Positions 1 to 12,870 of a DNA stretch of 64,000 nucleotides are shown here, piece by piece. Position numbers and translations under genes: made by a program. The number at the start of each line of letters is the position of its first letter. Position 1 is the stretch's first letter. Source of the DNA: Raillietiella orientalis. Taxonomy: Eukaryota. The notes under the pieces were generated by a model, which was not told the origin of the DNA, ran no database searches, and saw only the letters and a program-made list of their open reading frames with translations. The stretch spans positions 2,976,001 to 3,040,000 of the forward strand of contig JAYWIR010000019.1 of NCBI GenBank assembly GCA_036172245.1. The letters run 5' to 3'.

Positions 1-3000
1 CCTGCGAATGACCGAGCAGCACCGACTTAATTTCTTAATTGCTGACTTGGTTACTGACTTAATCTGCTAACGCGCTGACACACGACCAACGAACTCTGCA
101 CCGAAGTCTGCGCGTTCACAATCTGCAGCGTGCAGCAGCTCTTCTGGAAAACCACAAACCTCACAGATTTAATGCAACGGACGCCGCGTATGTGGTGGAA
201 CTACCAAAGGCAGGGCAGAAACGTTTTCGACTCCTCGACCCGCAAAATAAACTCAGGTGGGAGGTGCGAAGTGTGAATGGGAGTATACTCGCAGAGGATA
301 ACGTCAGGGCACTGCTTGGCGGGAATGTGCGTGCGTGAGGCGTTTTTACTGAGCATCCCTGAAACAGAGATCCGGACTGAGCACAAAGAAACGTTGTGTG
401 AACTCATCAAGCGCGAATTCACCTCTTTGCCCCGACCGTCGCTTCACGTGCAAGCACGGAACGCTCAGAGCAGCAGCATCTCTCCATCTCTCCCCGCTCA
501 GGAGGAACGCTCCGCTTCGTTTGTGCAACTTTGATACGTTGTCCTTTGCTCATCGGATTCGAACGAATGTGTGGAAAGGTGAACTCTGCAGACTGACTCT
601 CTGCACCGCTTGGATGGTTTTCACTCTCCTCTGTCCTCACACCGGACTAAGAATTTGTTTATTTCCGTTCGGGGAGTCCCACACAATAACAATTCAGAAG
701 CATGGGATGTTTTTTTTTCCCGTATAGAGTCATCTGTGATTAAGATATCAGATGCCTCGTTTTCTGTCGGTTTCCAGTCTTAATCAAGACTTCTGGGGAA
801 AAGGCGGAATCCTGTGGCGGCGTGACACTGCCTATTCACACAGGAGAAGGAAAGTTATGGCAGAAAATCGTTATCTTGTTTTTCTCTTTTCACCGCCCAT
901 GAAATCCCATTCCATCTAAACTTAATTACTCCATCCTGCTTTTCCTGAGAACCAGAAGTCATAAATACATTGATATGCCCAACAGGAAAAACGAATGCTC
1001 ACTCTTTCGGGGGGGGGGGGAGGGGGCACATTTTTGGGAGCACGGATTTCGTGAGAGTCCTAGAGACCGCATCCTGATCTCACACAGAACAATATATTTT
1101 TTGTAGATCCAGCTTCCACCTTCATCTTGGTTGTCTCAACATATGCTCAGGGCTACAAAAAAATTTTTTGTTTTTTTCCCTCGGTCTAACCCAGAGTGGG
1201 AATGCAAAGTAAATTATTCTTTTAGTTTCCCCAAATAACAAGAAAAGATGTCGTTAGCATGTTAAAGCATACCCCAATTCGTAAGAAAAGATTAGTTTAT
1301 TCCAAACCTTCCCAGTGAAAACTTAGGTTTCTAAAACCGTTTAGAGTAAATTTTAAAGTCGAAGTATATACAAAAGCATAAAACAAACGTCCCTACACTT
1401 CCGAAAAGAATGCTGAGGTCTCTCTGGTCACACAGAAGACACGAAAGAATTTCATGCAGTTTCTCAGGTTCACCCAATGGTCTTCGTTAACGTAGGACCA
1501 AGTGCGGTGCCCAACTGATCAGTTATTTCATTTATTCATCCACGGTCAATCCTTAATTCAATAAGCATTCAGGTATATGGATTTGTTCTTGCGGGGGACT
1601 TACAATGGGAATCTCCTAGCAAACAAGAAACTTTTGCTAATTTGCATACGTGGCAAAAGAGGAATTTGCAAAGCCCATTTGGGGGGAGAAAAGTCAAGCT
1701 GTCATTAGGGAGAAGGTTGCCGTTTTGCGACCGTAAATCATGAACAACTTGCTCGTCTCATCTCTTCCCATCCTTTTCTTGCTTTCCCTTGAGGAGGCAT
1801 TCAAGAAGACTGCAAACTCTGGCAAACGAACATCTTAGGCCATCGAAAATGCCAAACGTGAAGCAGGAAAAAGTTGGAGAGGAATTCACCATTCTTCGGA
1901 CAAAGATGTGAATTGGTTTGGGTTGCTTTGGAAATCAGGCACTCTTCCAAAGAGACTGGATCCCCAGCAGCCATGTCCCAGCGTCATGTCACATGGCGAG
2001 ATTTTAATCGACGCAGTTCTTTACAAGGATTAACAGTTGGGTTCTCACTGTTTAGTTCATTTGAAAATTTCCATCTGTTTTGATGCTGTCGGTTTGCGAC
2101 TGTGTGTTGCGTGTCTTTTTCGCGTACGGATTTTTTTTTTTTTTTTCCCCCCCCGTAGCAGCTAACAGTCTATCCTGCGGTCGCAGCCTCTTGCAATCAG
2201 CATCCACAGGGACTTCGGAATTCCTTTCGAAATGGTCTGATTTCATTGGTAGGCGCGAATGGATTAGAATCCAACCCCTATTGGATTCTGTTATAATTTG
2301 TAACTTTACGCTGCAAGAAATGCTCCAGAGTAGCACGAATGTTTCATTTCTCCATGCCTTGACATTCCCAGATTTGAACGATCACATTACAAGCCAGTAA
2401 TGGAAGGTATCTTTTATTTGTAACCGCAGTGTTCTCGTCTATTATTTTCATTTTGGTTATGACTTTCATAGCGCATGAATATCATGCCGATTTTCATGCT
2501 CCTCTCTGAGAGAAGAGAGGAAGTTCTTGCTTTTCATTTTTTGCATCATATGTTGTTTCGTTCCAAGCTTCGGTGCGATCTCTTTCCTCCTGTTTACCCA
2601 TGCAACGTGATTCTGTTCTCCATGGCGATTTTGACGCCTCTGATGATGTTTAGGGACTCGGATGCATTTCACCTGTAACCGGTTGCGTTTTTGTCGATTC
2701 AGAATCCTTAACGCCGTGAGTGATTCGAAGAATTCATCAAAAGGAAAGTTTGATGGCGAATTTTCAGCTTTCCAAAATGGTGACCAGCTTTGAATTCTCT
2801 ACTAGGTGTCTCTGTGTACCTCTGGTGCACCAGAGCTGGTTTTTCCGTGGTGACGCAAAATTCTCTTTAGGTATCTGCTTTGATATTTGATGGTTCGGTT
2901 TTTTCAAAAATAGCATTTGCATTTTCCCTCTAGTACGAAGAGTACTTTTTGTTTACCAACCATCCCTCTTCTTATTATAAATACTGTTTATGGAGACGCA

Positions 3001-6000
3001 AGAAGTCTTCATTCAAGGCTCCAGCACTACGGTTGCTACGTCTTTTGAATGAATAAACAACGAGATTCAATTTGCTCCATCCAGATAGGTCTCGAGGAGT
3101 CGCAGGATTTATAGCTTTGACGAAATTAAACATAGGAAATGATGTTCACAAGAGATATATTTGTCGTTTATGAATCTCCTTTTCGCTTTTTTTTGCATCT
3201 CAAAATGTCCAAACATTCGATTTCTGCACAGTTTCCAGTGATCAGGAGAATCAGTTAGGTATGCTTCGATCGATTTAGGATGATTGGTTTCATCGTCGCG
3301 AAATTATCATCAGAGTTTGCTGATGTCGTTTTTAATTTCAGGTTTAACCAGTTCTGCGACAGAGTGAAGATGCCTGAAGAGGTTTGAAGGATCAAATTAA
3401 GCTTTCTGGAAAGCATTCAACAGACCTCACAGAAATCAATTCGGCTGCATATGATGTCTTCCTCACTGCTTTGTGTTTCAGACACTGCAGGAGGAATCCG
3501 AAATTAGCTTGGCTGGTAAACAGTCTTTCGACTGCTCCTTAAACGAAGGGAAGCGGGCAGTGAGAAGGGATCGACGGGTCGGCCCAAATCCTAGCGTGGA
3601 GGCCTTCCGAAGAATCTCCCTGAAACGCAGAAGTGGTAGAAGGAAAGTAACTCTTCATTTCCTGATTCATTTCCTATTTGACCTAGTGAATTTTGATTTC
3701 GGCCATGGTTTTTGATCGATTATTTGCGGTGAAGTTGTGAATGTGCTGGGAAAATTTCATCCTCACGTTCTGGTGGAACACGGGCCTGCATAGCATGCAA
3801 TCTAGAGGGATGAGCCGTTTTTCCTGAGTAACATTCGATTTCAACATACGTATCTGCATACATAGGCACCGCCCCGTCTGCAGATAAATAAAGCACTCGA
3901 AGCAATCTGATCTGTTTTCCCAGCCAGAAGAGAGGGAAGAATGGATGTTATGAATGCATGTCTTGGGCGGGCAACAGCCACGGCTGCAGAGTAAAGGGTA
4001 GCACAAAGTTTCGAGCGTCGCTGCCATCCAAAAACCTCTCGCGTTGCGAGGAGAGACAGGACCAGAAATACGGAGAGTATTCAAACGAGCATTCACAGGC
4101 ATGCAGGGATGCCAAAGTCCATGCTGAACGTGTTTATTATTCAGAAGAAACTGCATCGAGAAGTCGTGAAGTCAATCTGTGGACAAAATTACCTTGGGTT
4201 ATGAAATGGGAAGGCGGACGGCCGCGCAAGGTAAGAATCGCTAAAACTATAATGAGATTTAATCGGAGACTGGATGGCAGATATCGAGCTGAGCTGATCA
4301 AAGATAAAAATTCAAATAGGAAAGCGGCATCCGCGCATACTGCTGGAAGGATCCCAAACATCAAGCTAAATAACACGTGGGCTTAGCTGGTTTTCCAAAT
4401 AAACAGCACGAAAAAGAACGTCCGAGCGGTGATCCAAAGGGAGTGGCTTTTTATTTGAAAGGACAGTGTACTCGAAACACTAATACAAGCCGTTCATTTC
4501 GAAGCAATCTTTGCCTGATGGCATTCGAGTAGCCAAAACTTCGGCTGTCTTTGGAGGCCATGCTGCATCTCTTCAACCGCTCAGTGGTTGGGTTGGGGTC
4601 TTCCTTTATTAGGGGTAACTTAATGTCCTCAGTGAGGTGAGTCAGGTCCTCTGCCACCTTCCAGTTTCATTTGGATTTTTGGGAACAGAGGACGAAGCAC
4701 ACGAATGAGGTCAGGCATTTATCCGGATTTATCCGGCGGAGAATTCGGCATCACAGGAATTCTTTTTTCTTGTCGGACGAAAAGTCTTGGGTGAGGTCAG
4801 AAGCCGTATTTGATAGGGTGCCACGAACCACAACGAGTAGGCACCCAACGTTTTCAAAAGAGCAGTTTTCCCTAATCGAATCGAGAGCTCTCCGAAAAAG
4901 TCCTGGAGGAGTGTCACCGCTCGATCCCACCTTCGAGGTAAGAGCGTGGAACTTTTCGGGCGTGGCTCTCATTGTGTGATGTGAAGTACTGAGGACCACT
5001 TGCAATCAAATCAAACGGCGGTGACAATCCAATATAGAAATATGAGAGCATTTTTGAGTTGCTCGGTCTGTATCGTCGAGGTCGTGGAGGGAAGACGAAA
5101 GCGAAACAGAAGATTGGAAAACAGGGATTGAAAGGTTTCAGCAAAGCTCTCCTTCAGATGAAGACAACGAAGCTCTCTTTGCTGATTCAAGATCGGATCT
5201 CTGACCGTGGAGAGACCTCCAAAGAGCAAGAAGCATAGGTTCCAGGAGTCCTAAGAACCCGTTGCAGTTTGTAGGCTGGAATTTTCGAACCAAGAAAATT
5301 CCGCAAGGCATTCTTCAATTTGTTTTGAGGTGACACGAGCGGAGGCGTAAAGCATGGAGAGGTCACTAAGACAGCACAAGTATAGGGCAAGGATCATTCG
5401 CGGATGGTCGAAACAAAGTCTCGCCACCCGAAAGTTAAATATACAAACTTCAAAGCTTCAGAAGTTCCTTTTCTCCTGGAATGGGACAAAAATATAAATG
5501 ATCCATGTTTTGGACGATGGGGTGCCATTAGGGTTTGAATTAGTAATTCGGTACGATGAAATCCCACATTCTGTAACTGACTCCATTACAGAATGTACCA
5601 AAGTTGGATCACATAAATTAATAAGAGCGGATTGCTTGATTGAATTATTCTGAAATGCAAGTTGATTGGTCATTTTTTTTGTGATCGGGTGAGTGCCCTA
5701 AAACCATCAAAGTGTCTGTTTCGATTCAGCCCAGAAATTTCCTTCTTTTCGTTTCTTTCTGACACTTCAATGCCACACGCAATTTATTTAAAGGGAATGA
5801 CTGACACAATTTCGTGAATTTATGTTTTTAGTTTGGCAGAGAGTTTCTGCCAATTGAGGGTTCGTTATTATTTGGAAGTTGATTTTGAAATGATAAAAGG
5901 GTTTTTGTTCCTAAACAAAAAAAAAATTTCAAACCGTTCTGGGATCATTGAGTGTTCGGAAATCCTTCCCGCTTTCATTTCTTCTACCGCTTACATACTT

Positions 6001-9000
6001 TTTAGACGCCACGGACTTTCAACCTCTATTTCTATTCGCACCATTCGTCCAAGATTCCGTTTGTGTTCTCATCATTAGCACTTTAGGTGGGCATCAACCT
6101 ACGACTGATCGGTGGTCCATCAAGCTGCTTTCAGCTACCGAATTCTGCGTCACCGAGAGCCTTTGCACTCCGAATACAACGCCTCAAATTTGAAATCCTT
6201 CTGAGAGTTCTTCATGTGGTGGATGTTTATTCTTCGAATCACTGCCAGCCGGAGTGAATCCGTTCCTCGCTACATCTATGATCCGTTTCCTGAATCAACA
6301 GCTCATAAATGCAGTGCAACGCCGTTTAAGAGTTCGAAAACTCAACCCTTACAGTCCTGGTATGGAAGAGCTCTTGTTCCAAACCAAGCCACTTGCTGCA
6401 CAGCCTTAGGCAATGTTCGAAGTTTTGATAATATGTTTCTCGCCTTTCATCAGTGTCTTTTTTTTTATTTCATAAATACCCAAGTTGAAATGCAGCATTC
6501 TTTTCCTTTTCAGCCTCTATCACGTTGCCTTGAATCATTTGTTGTGAATGTGCTTTGATCTCGGTGTAATTGGATCGTGATGCTGCATGCTACAGCTGTG
6601 TGTTTCTCAAGACTTTAGTGTATGTAAACTAACCAAGAATTTTCATGGAGTGCCTGAACGCTTTCATGTTCAATACTAATCTCTTTGAGGAAACGAAGTG
6701 TTCTGTAAGCTTTGTTCCGGAAAAAGACCACGAATTGCCAGAGACAAACTACTGCACGTGGAACGATAGAAGCAACTGATCAATACAGTTTTAGAATACC
6801 CTCTTTTCAACTGACGATCGATAAATTCTATGGGTTTGTCTCCATTCTTCGAGCCTATCCGTCCAGGACCTTGAAAGCAAGTCAGATCCTTTAAGAACGG
6901 ATTTTACAAAATATTTAAAACAGAAATCAATCAAACTTCAATTGCTCCTTGTTAATTCAAATTCACTCGAGTGAATTTAGATTTACAGGCTTTCTGTTTG
7001 ATTTTGGCGATCTGTAAGCCGAATCTCAAGCAGGAAGTAGTTAACAGCTATTTAAATAAAATATCTCGAAAAAAAAAAAAAAAACTCAAGCTATCCTATA
7101 ACGAGTATTTACCATACCTGTGTTTGTAATGGCATTGGATCTGAATATGCACATTGAATGTGCGTTAAATTTCAAGGATTCGTGTAGTCCAAGCACAGAT
7201 GAAGTGCCTCACGTGTTACAAACTAAAGACCTGCCTCCATTTCGTGAATGATTTTCAGGATCCGAGGAGAGCAGCTCCCTTTCTTCAGCCCCATCCTTCT
7301 GCCCAAGGGGAGAATTGGTGTCTGCACGGAGAGTGCGGCTCCTCTTTTGTGCTGTGAATCTTTGCTTTCCAGTCTCTGAATTCCTGCTTGGAAGCCACGG
7401 AGTCTTGGAGCCCCTACCAAAGGGGTGAACCCTCGTTTGAGGTTGAAGATCAAGGGATTCGAATTCCCACTAAGCGGAATTCGCTTTCGCCGATCAATCT
7501 GCTCCAGAGATTACATCCAATTTTAAAGCATGCTCCTGACGCTATGGCTGCAGTTTCTTCAACACGATTGCGGAATTTTTGCCGTCGGGTGCAGATTCAC
7601 ATGCATGTGTGCTTCAAACGCTTGGATGGTCAGATGCTTTCCTGCATTCTAAACTGTTTCGACCGTTGAGGATTTCCTCCAGCTTCCTATCATTCCCTGT
7701 GTTCATTTTGTTTTTCTGCAAAGGTCATGAAATGTATCTGGCGACTGCGTCTAGTAAACACTGATAAAAAGCTAGCAATGATTTTCCATTCACATGGATA
7801 ATTTTTAGGTTGTTGATTTAATGAACGAGAATGATGAAATACAACACTGTTTTTGATTTCTATGCTTTCAGGCTTGCCACTTACTATTGTTTATTGCGAG
7901 AAATCTATAGACAAATAAGCACCATTAATTATCGGACGCTGAAGCTATTGGGTCAATTTTTTTTTGGCAAACATCAGGTTTCTTGGGGTCTGCTGAAAGG
8001 CTGGATTCTAGTTTAACCTCCACCTGCTGCGGGCGCGCTAGCCCACAAACCAGGAGTGTAGGCGATGCAATCCCGGTTTCCATATTATTCTTTCTTCTAT
8101 TATTTCGGCTGGAGCATTAGGGTGAAGTTAAAGAATTCCATCTGTATGGACCGAAGTGGTACTCCGAAGACAAATTCCTGTCTGGGAAAGCAGCTGGAGG
8201 CATTCTTGTGGTCGGGATTCTTTGGAAGGGAGGAAGAACAACAAACTGCTACCCAGTTGGCAGTAGTGACAGAAGTCACACTCTCGGTATCCCACAGGAC
8301 ATTTGCTATTTTTTCATTGTCCTTATGGATGCCAACTGTTGAGATGCTTGGCTGCCTTCACCATCGCTGACCGTTTTGAAGCGTGCGCCCGAAGACTTTG
8401 CAAAGACAGAATTCTGTTCAGCTTTTCTCGTTTTCTAGCGTCATCGGACCCGTTGAAGGCAACCCTTTTGGAACTTCCTCAAAGCGTTTCATCATCCAAC
8501 TTTGGAGCCTGCTCGCATCATTCGTGCGTAGGGTAGATTGTAGATTCAGAACTCAGACCATTTGTTCAGTTTTCTCACTAGCAGGCGTCCTTTAGGATCG
8601 TGAAGATTATTGTGGCTAGGTGGTAAAGTAAGGGCATGAAGCAATGGGAGACAAAGAATGAAGGCAAGATCAGGTGATAACAGATGGCAAGCAAAGAATA
8701 GCAGTCTGGTGCAAAGCTGGATTCCATGTTCCGAAGTTCGTAAATGGATCTATGCCTGAGCAAGATGGCGCGCTAAGGAAATTTTCTTTTCGAAATCATA
8801 ACGCAATTATTTCATTGCAGAATTCAATGACCCTTATATGGGTCGCATTCGTCACAATTTTCTTCCGAAGCTCTTATGTCTACTGTCGACGTTTCAACAC
8901 GGATTTTCGTTTCAAAACTTTCTTCCTGGTTCAGGGGATGAAGATGCGTATTAGATTTTCCGAGAAGAGATAAGGAATTTGAAATTGGCCTCGTTTCAGC

Positions 9001-10323
9001 GATCGCATCTTTCCCTCAGCACAAGATTCCATCCCTTCTTCTTCTTCCTCTTTTTTTCGTTCTCTTTTCAGGAAGGACCGTTTCATCCAATGGTGCCATG
9101 GTCTGCAAGTCAACGGGCGGGATCGCCGATTTCTAGATCTCTTCCTGAACTTGAGATGAAAAACATTATCGAAAAGTCTCAGCATGATGAGGCCGTTGAC
9201 TCTTAGAGAACGACAAATAAAAGCCGTATCAGTCATTTCCCTCATTTTTTTTTTTCCTGTGATTTTTGCTGTCCCCTAAAGGGGGTAGAGGATACCAAAC
9301 ACGATAGAGCAGACATCCCTCTTTGCTCTCAGGCTTGACACATCTCTTGTCGTTTTAAACCTTGGTCTTGCACTGCTATGGGATTTTCATAGGTAAGCAA
9401 TCCTTTCTCAGAGGTCAAACGTCAGCTGGCAGGCTGTTTCCTTCCGAGATTCAGCCTGTTGCTGTTCCCGAAAACCCGAAACCTTCAATCCTTTAATGCC
9501 GCTGCTTGATCTCTTTGACTTTCCTTCTCTGTCGAATATCTTCCACGCTGCTTGCTCAATGGACCACTCGGGCGCTGAAATATTTTCGGCTCGGAAATCC
9601 TCGGCGCTTTCACTGAAGGTCTCTTCTCCAACAGCGTGGCTGGGTCTCAATCAAAAGGCGCAACTGCATCTTCTCCGTTCATCATCCGTACCTTTGTTTC
9701 CCAGTCGCCAATGTATAGATGGCAAGACGGTCACAAATTGTTTGTACTATACGAAACTCATAAAGGTTTTCCTTTGCTTACTGAATAGAATCCAGTAAGC
9801 CTGTTTATAGAAAGATAATTTATTGTTTTAGCGAGCGTTTTCTGAACCTGAAACTGTGTGTTTTGAACGCATACAGATGCGAAGGGATGAAAACAGGCTC
9901 ATATTCTGATGAAATAATATGAAGCCTCTATGCCACCGCATATTGAAATCTATTCTTCAGATGCAGGGATGCGGTGAGTTTGGTGCGATTTTCTTTGATA
10001 GATTAATCTTGAATTTTCCAGATTTTATGAATAAAAGATAACATATTACTCATTCTGCAATTCTGCAATATTTTTTTTTTTTTTCCACCAAGCAGTTGCA
10101 TCGATTGAAATAAGCCTCAATGAGACTGGTCATTGCAGCAATCTGTTTCCTGGCTATCGATGTCATTTTATGCTGGACTCACTGTGGGACCACGAGGCTG
10201 CAGGTAAACTTAAATTTCAACTTGTTTAATGTATGGTTTCTCGAGAGGGGAGTGCTATGATTTTGAGTCTCGTTTTGATTTAACATTAAAGAACCCATTT
10301 ACGCGTTGTCTGCAAGTCTTTGG

Positions 10324-10326
10324 TTT

Positions 10327-10364
<38 letters not shown>
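10324..10364. repeat. Abutting poly(T)23/poly(A)18 tract
   Basis: Read directly: T run 10324-10346 immediately followed by A run 10347-10364. Confidence 0.9.
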
Positions 10365-12224
10365 TTGAGAGTATTTACCTGCATGTTTGTTCGTTGAATA
10401 TTCACTCTAAACGCAACATCTTCCATCAAGAAACAAAAAAACCTCCAACTTCAGAAGAGAGCGCTATTCGATCCGAAAAATTCATGGACAATGTCAAGTG
10501 ATATGTCAATCCTCGATAGGAGAGATTCCAAATCCTTGATCCACTGGACTGCTGCTAACACGATTTTCAACTGTGTGACTATGTTCGTGGTCTATGTTTT
10601 CAGTAAGTGATTTTCGATTTCTAAGTTTCATTATCCAACAAGATCTATCTTCGAATTTTCGCGATCGAGAAAGGGAAAGTACTCCCATTTGAGGGAAAGC
10701 AACTGCAATCCCAGCTGAAAATCTATCCCTGATACGATATCTTCATTTCATCCTGCTTGTGTTTTTTTTTTTTTTTTTTCTGCTTTTTTGCTGGTGGAAA
10801 CGGACTTTTATAAGAACCTTCTCGATCAAATAACGATAGAAAACTTTTTTTAAAAGTCGACCATCTTTTGAAAAAGAATCCTCGACTCTCTATCCGCGAT
10901 CGAGCTTTGCGTTTTTGCTGCGACCAGGAAATCCCCATCCACTTTATACCAAAATCAGCGAAAATGATTTTCACATTTTGATGATGCAAATCGTTCAGAG
11001 GGGGTCTGCAGGAGACTCAGATCTCAACCAATACATTCCGAGTGCTAAGGTGTCATGAATAGAACCACCAGAAACTCTGAGGAAAAATTCTGAGCTTCCC
11101 AGCGTGTCCCTTCCTTTCCTTGGTATTACGAGGAATCGCAGGCACCTACCCGTTCCTGACCTCACCAGTTCGGTTCCCACTTGACATCGCCCTATCGAAC
11201 GCGTTTGCTTCGAATGCATGCCAAGCAATCCTCATTTTCCAGCTTTCTGTTTATTATAATGCAGTCAGCGACTTCTGTAAATTGCGATGGTCATCTCTGA
11301 ACAAAGGATAAAATTTACGAATTCGATCTACCAGTGCACTCTCTGTATAGATATCTAATGTTTCGGGAAGAAGATCAGGCAGGTCACACACACAGCACAT
11401 GCGCACACGCATATTTTAAAAGCAGAATCTCTGCTTGACAAGGCAAAACCAAATTTTCCTTTCATCTCATACATGTATGCAGGTAGAGACATGGATCATG
11501 CATGTACATAGAGTGAATTCTTGGTTTGAGGTTGCTTGAAGGGAAACTTTTTTGAGCTTTCTAGCAAAGAAAACGTTGATTGGGGTAATTTTGAAAAAGA
11601 AGGGTGGTCAGTGAAGTTGAAGTGTGTGGTACTCACTGAATCGTGTTTTCCTTCATCATAGCATTCGATCAGTTTGTTTTTATGAGACTGAAAGAGCTGC
11701 ATCTTTTAAGGTTTTCAGGACTATTGGGCCGGTAATGAAGAACAAGTTCCCTGGTTAATGATAAGAAATTTCCCACATCTCTCTATAGTTCAGAGAGAAT
11801 CGGATAGATCGGACAGATACAGTCAGAATTTTTTTTTTCATTCAAAAAAGAAAGAGTGCGAGACGTTGAAGTGTTTATTTCTTTTTCACATGATTTTTCG
11901 GTGAGGATTGATTCGCTTATGTGTTTGGAGAACATTTGGTAGTTCCTCTGGATGGAGTTGCGTCTTAAAGGTGCTATTTTTCCCGTGAGGGGCTTCCTCT
12001 TGCATGCGCATCTTTAAAATGCCAGCACAGAGACCTTTTCTTGTTCCTTTTCGATCTTCCCTATTTCTTCCTCCCCTGTAGCTTTTCTGAGCTTCAGTCG
12101 CAAGCAGGGCTGTCGCGATGCCATCGCAAAGGTCTTACCGATCCTCGAATGCGTGCAATTTGGTCGTTACCATAAACTGCGCTCACCCTTTCACCATTGC
12201 TACGGTCGCCAGCATTGCCAATCC

Positions 12225-12309
12225 CGAATCGTAATAATTTCAATTCATGGGAATTGAAATTATTACGATTCGAAATTATTACGCGAAGAATTCATGGGAA
12301 TTCTTCGCG
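12225..12309. repeat. Two adjacent perfect inverted repeats with the same ATGG loop
   Basis: CGAATCGTAATAATTTCAATTC-ATGG-GAATTGAAATTATTACGATTCG (22-bp arms, 12225-12272) and CGCGAAGAATTC-ATGG-GAATTCTTCGCG (12-bp arms, 12282-12309). Confidence 0.92.
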
Positions 12310-12539
12310 AGGATTCGCGCAAGAAAACCCTGGCGACGGTCCTCCTTTAGGAGGATTGTGATCACTAAGTGCTTACACAATTAGTTTGTGCCAAGTGTAT
12401 CAGAGTGATCACATTTGTATGCATGTATGTGTTTCAGTTTTCTTGAAATAGATAGCTAACACAGAGAATGTGCTGAGACGAAAGGTGCAAATCCAAGAAG
12501 TACTTGAATTTCACCATCACAAAAGACACAACCAAGGAC

Positions 12540-12870
12540 ACATAAATGAACTTCCCATATGTACCTCAAGAATGGTACGTTTCGTAGGGACATTAATTAG
12601 TGAGACATTAAGATTAGTCCGCCGGGGTAATCCGTCTCACCTATCGGAGGTTTCATGGAAAATCACCTCTGGGTATCCTTTGCCGTGTACTTGGAATTGG
12701 TCATTTGTGCTCCCTAGAGCGGTGATTCCAATATAGTATGTGATCGTTCGAGATTGCATTTCCAAAACATAATGGCAATTAAGGAACATTCGATGGGCAT
12801 GTAACCTTTTGCCTAATCGATCTAGTGATGGATAATCCTCATCAATCCGGAAGAGCATAACAGTTGACGC
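12540..12870 (-). mobile_element. Possible degenerate GIY-YIG endonuclease remnant (Penelope-like element)
   Basis: Minus-strand translation LNCHYVLEMQSRTITYYIGITALGSTNDQFQVH, then NVPTKRTILEVHM past a stop. This resembles the VY..C...YIG.T....R..EH and KRKILE motifs of Penelope-type endonucleases. Judged by eye; weak. Confidence 0.3.

Noticed and set aside
8230..8520. Gypsy-type gag remnant on the minus strand (RKREKLNRILSLQSL...)
   Set aside because: The resemblance is faint, and no LTR, protease or RT was found nearby.
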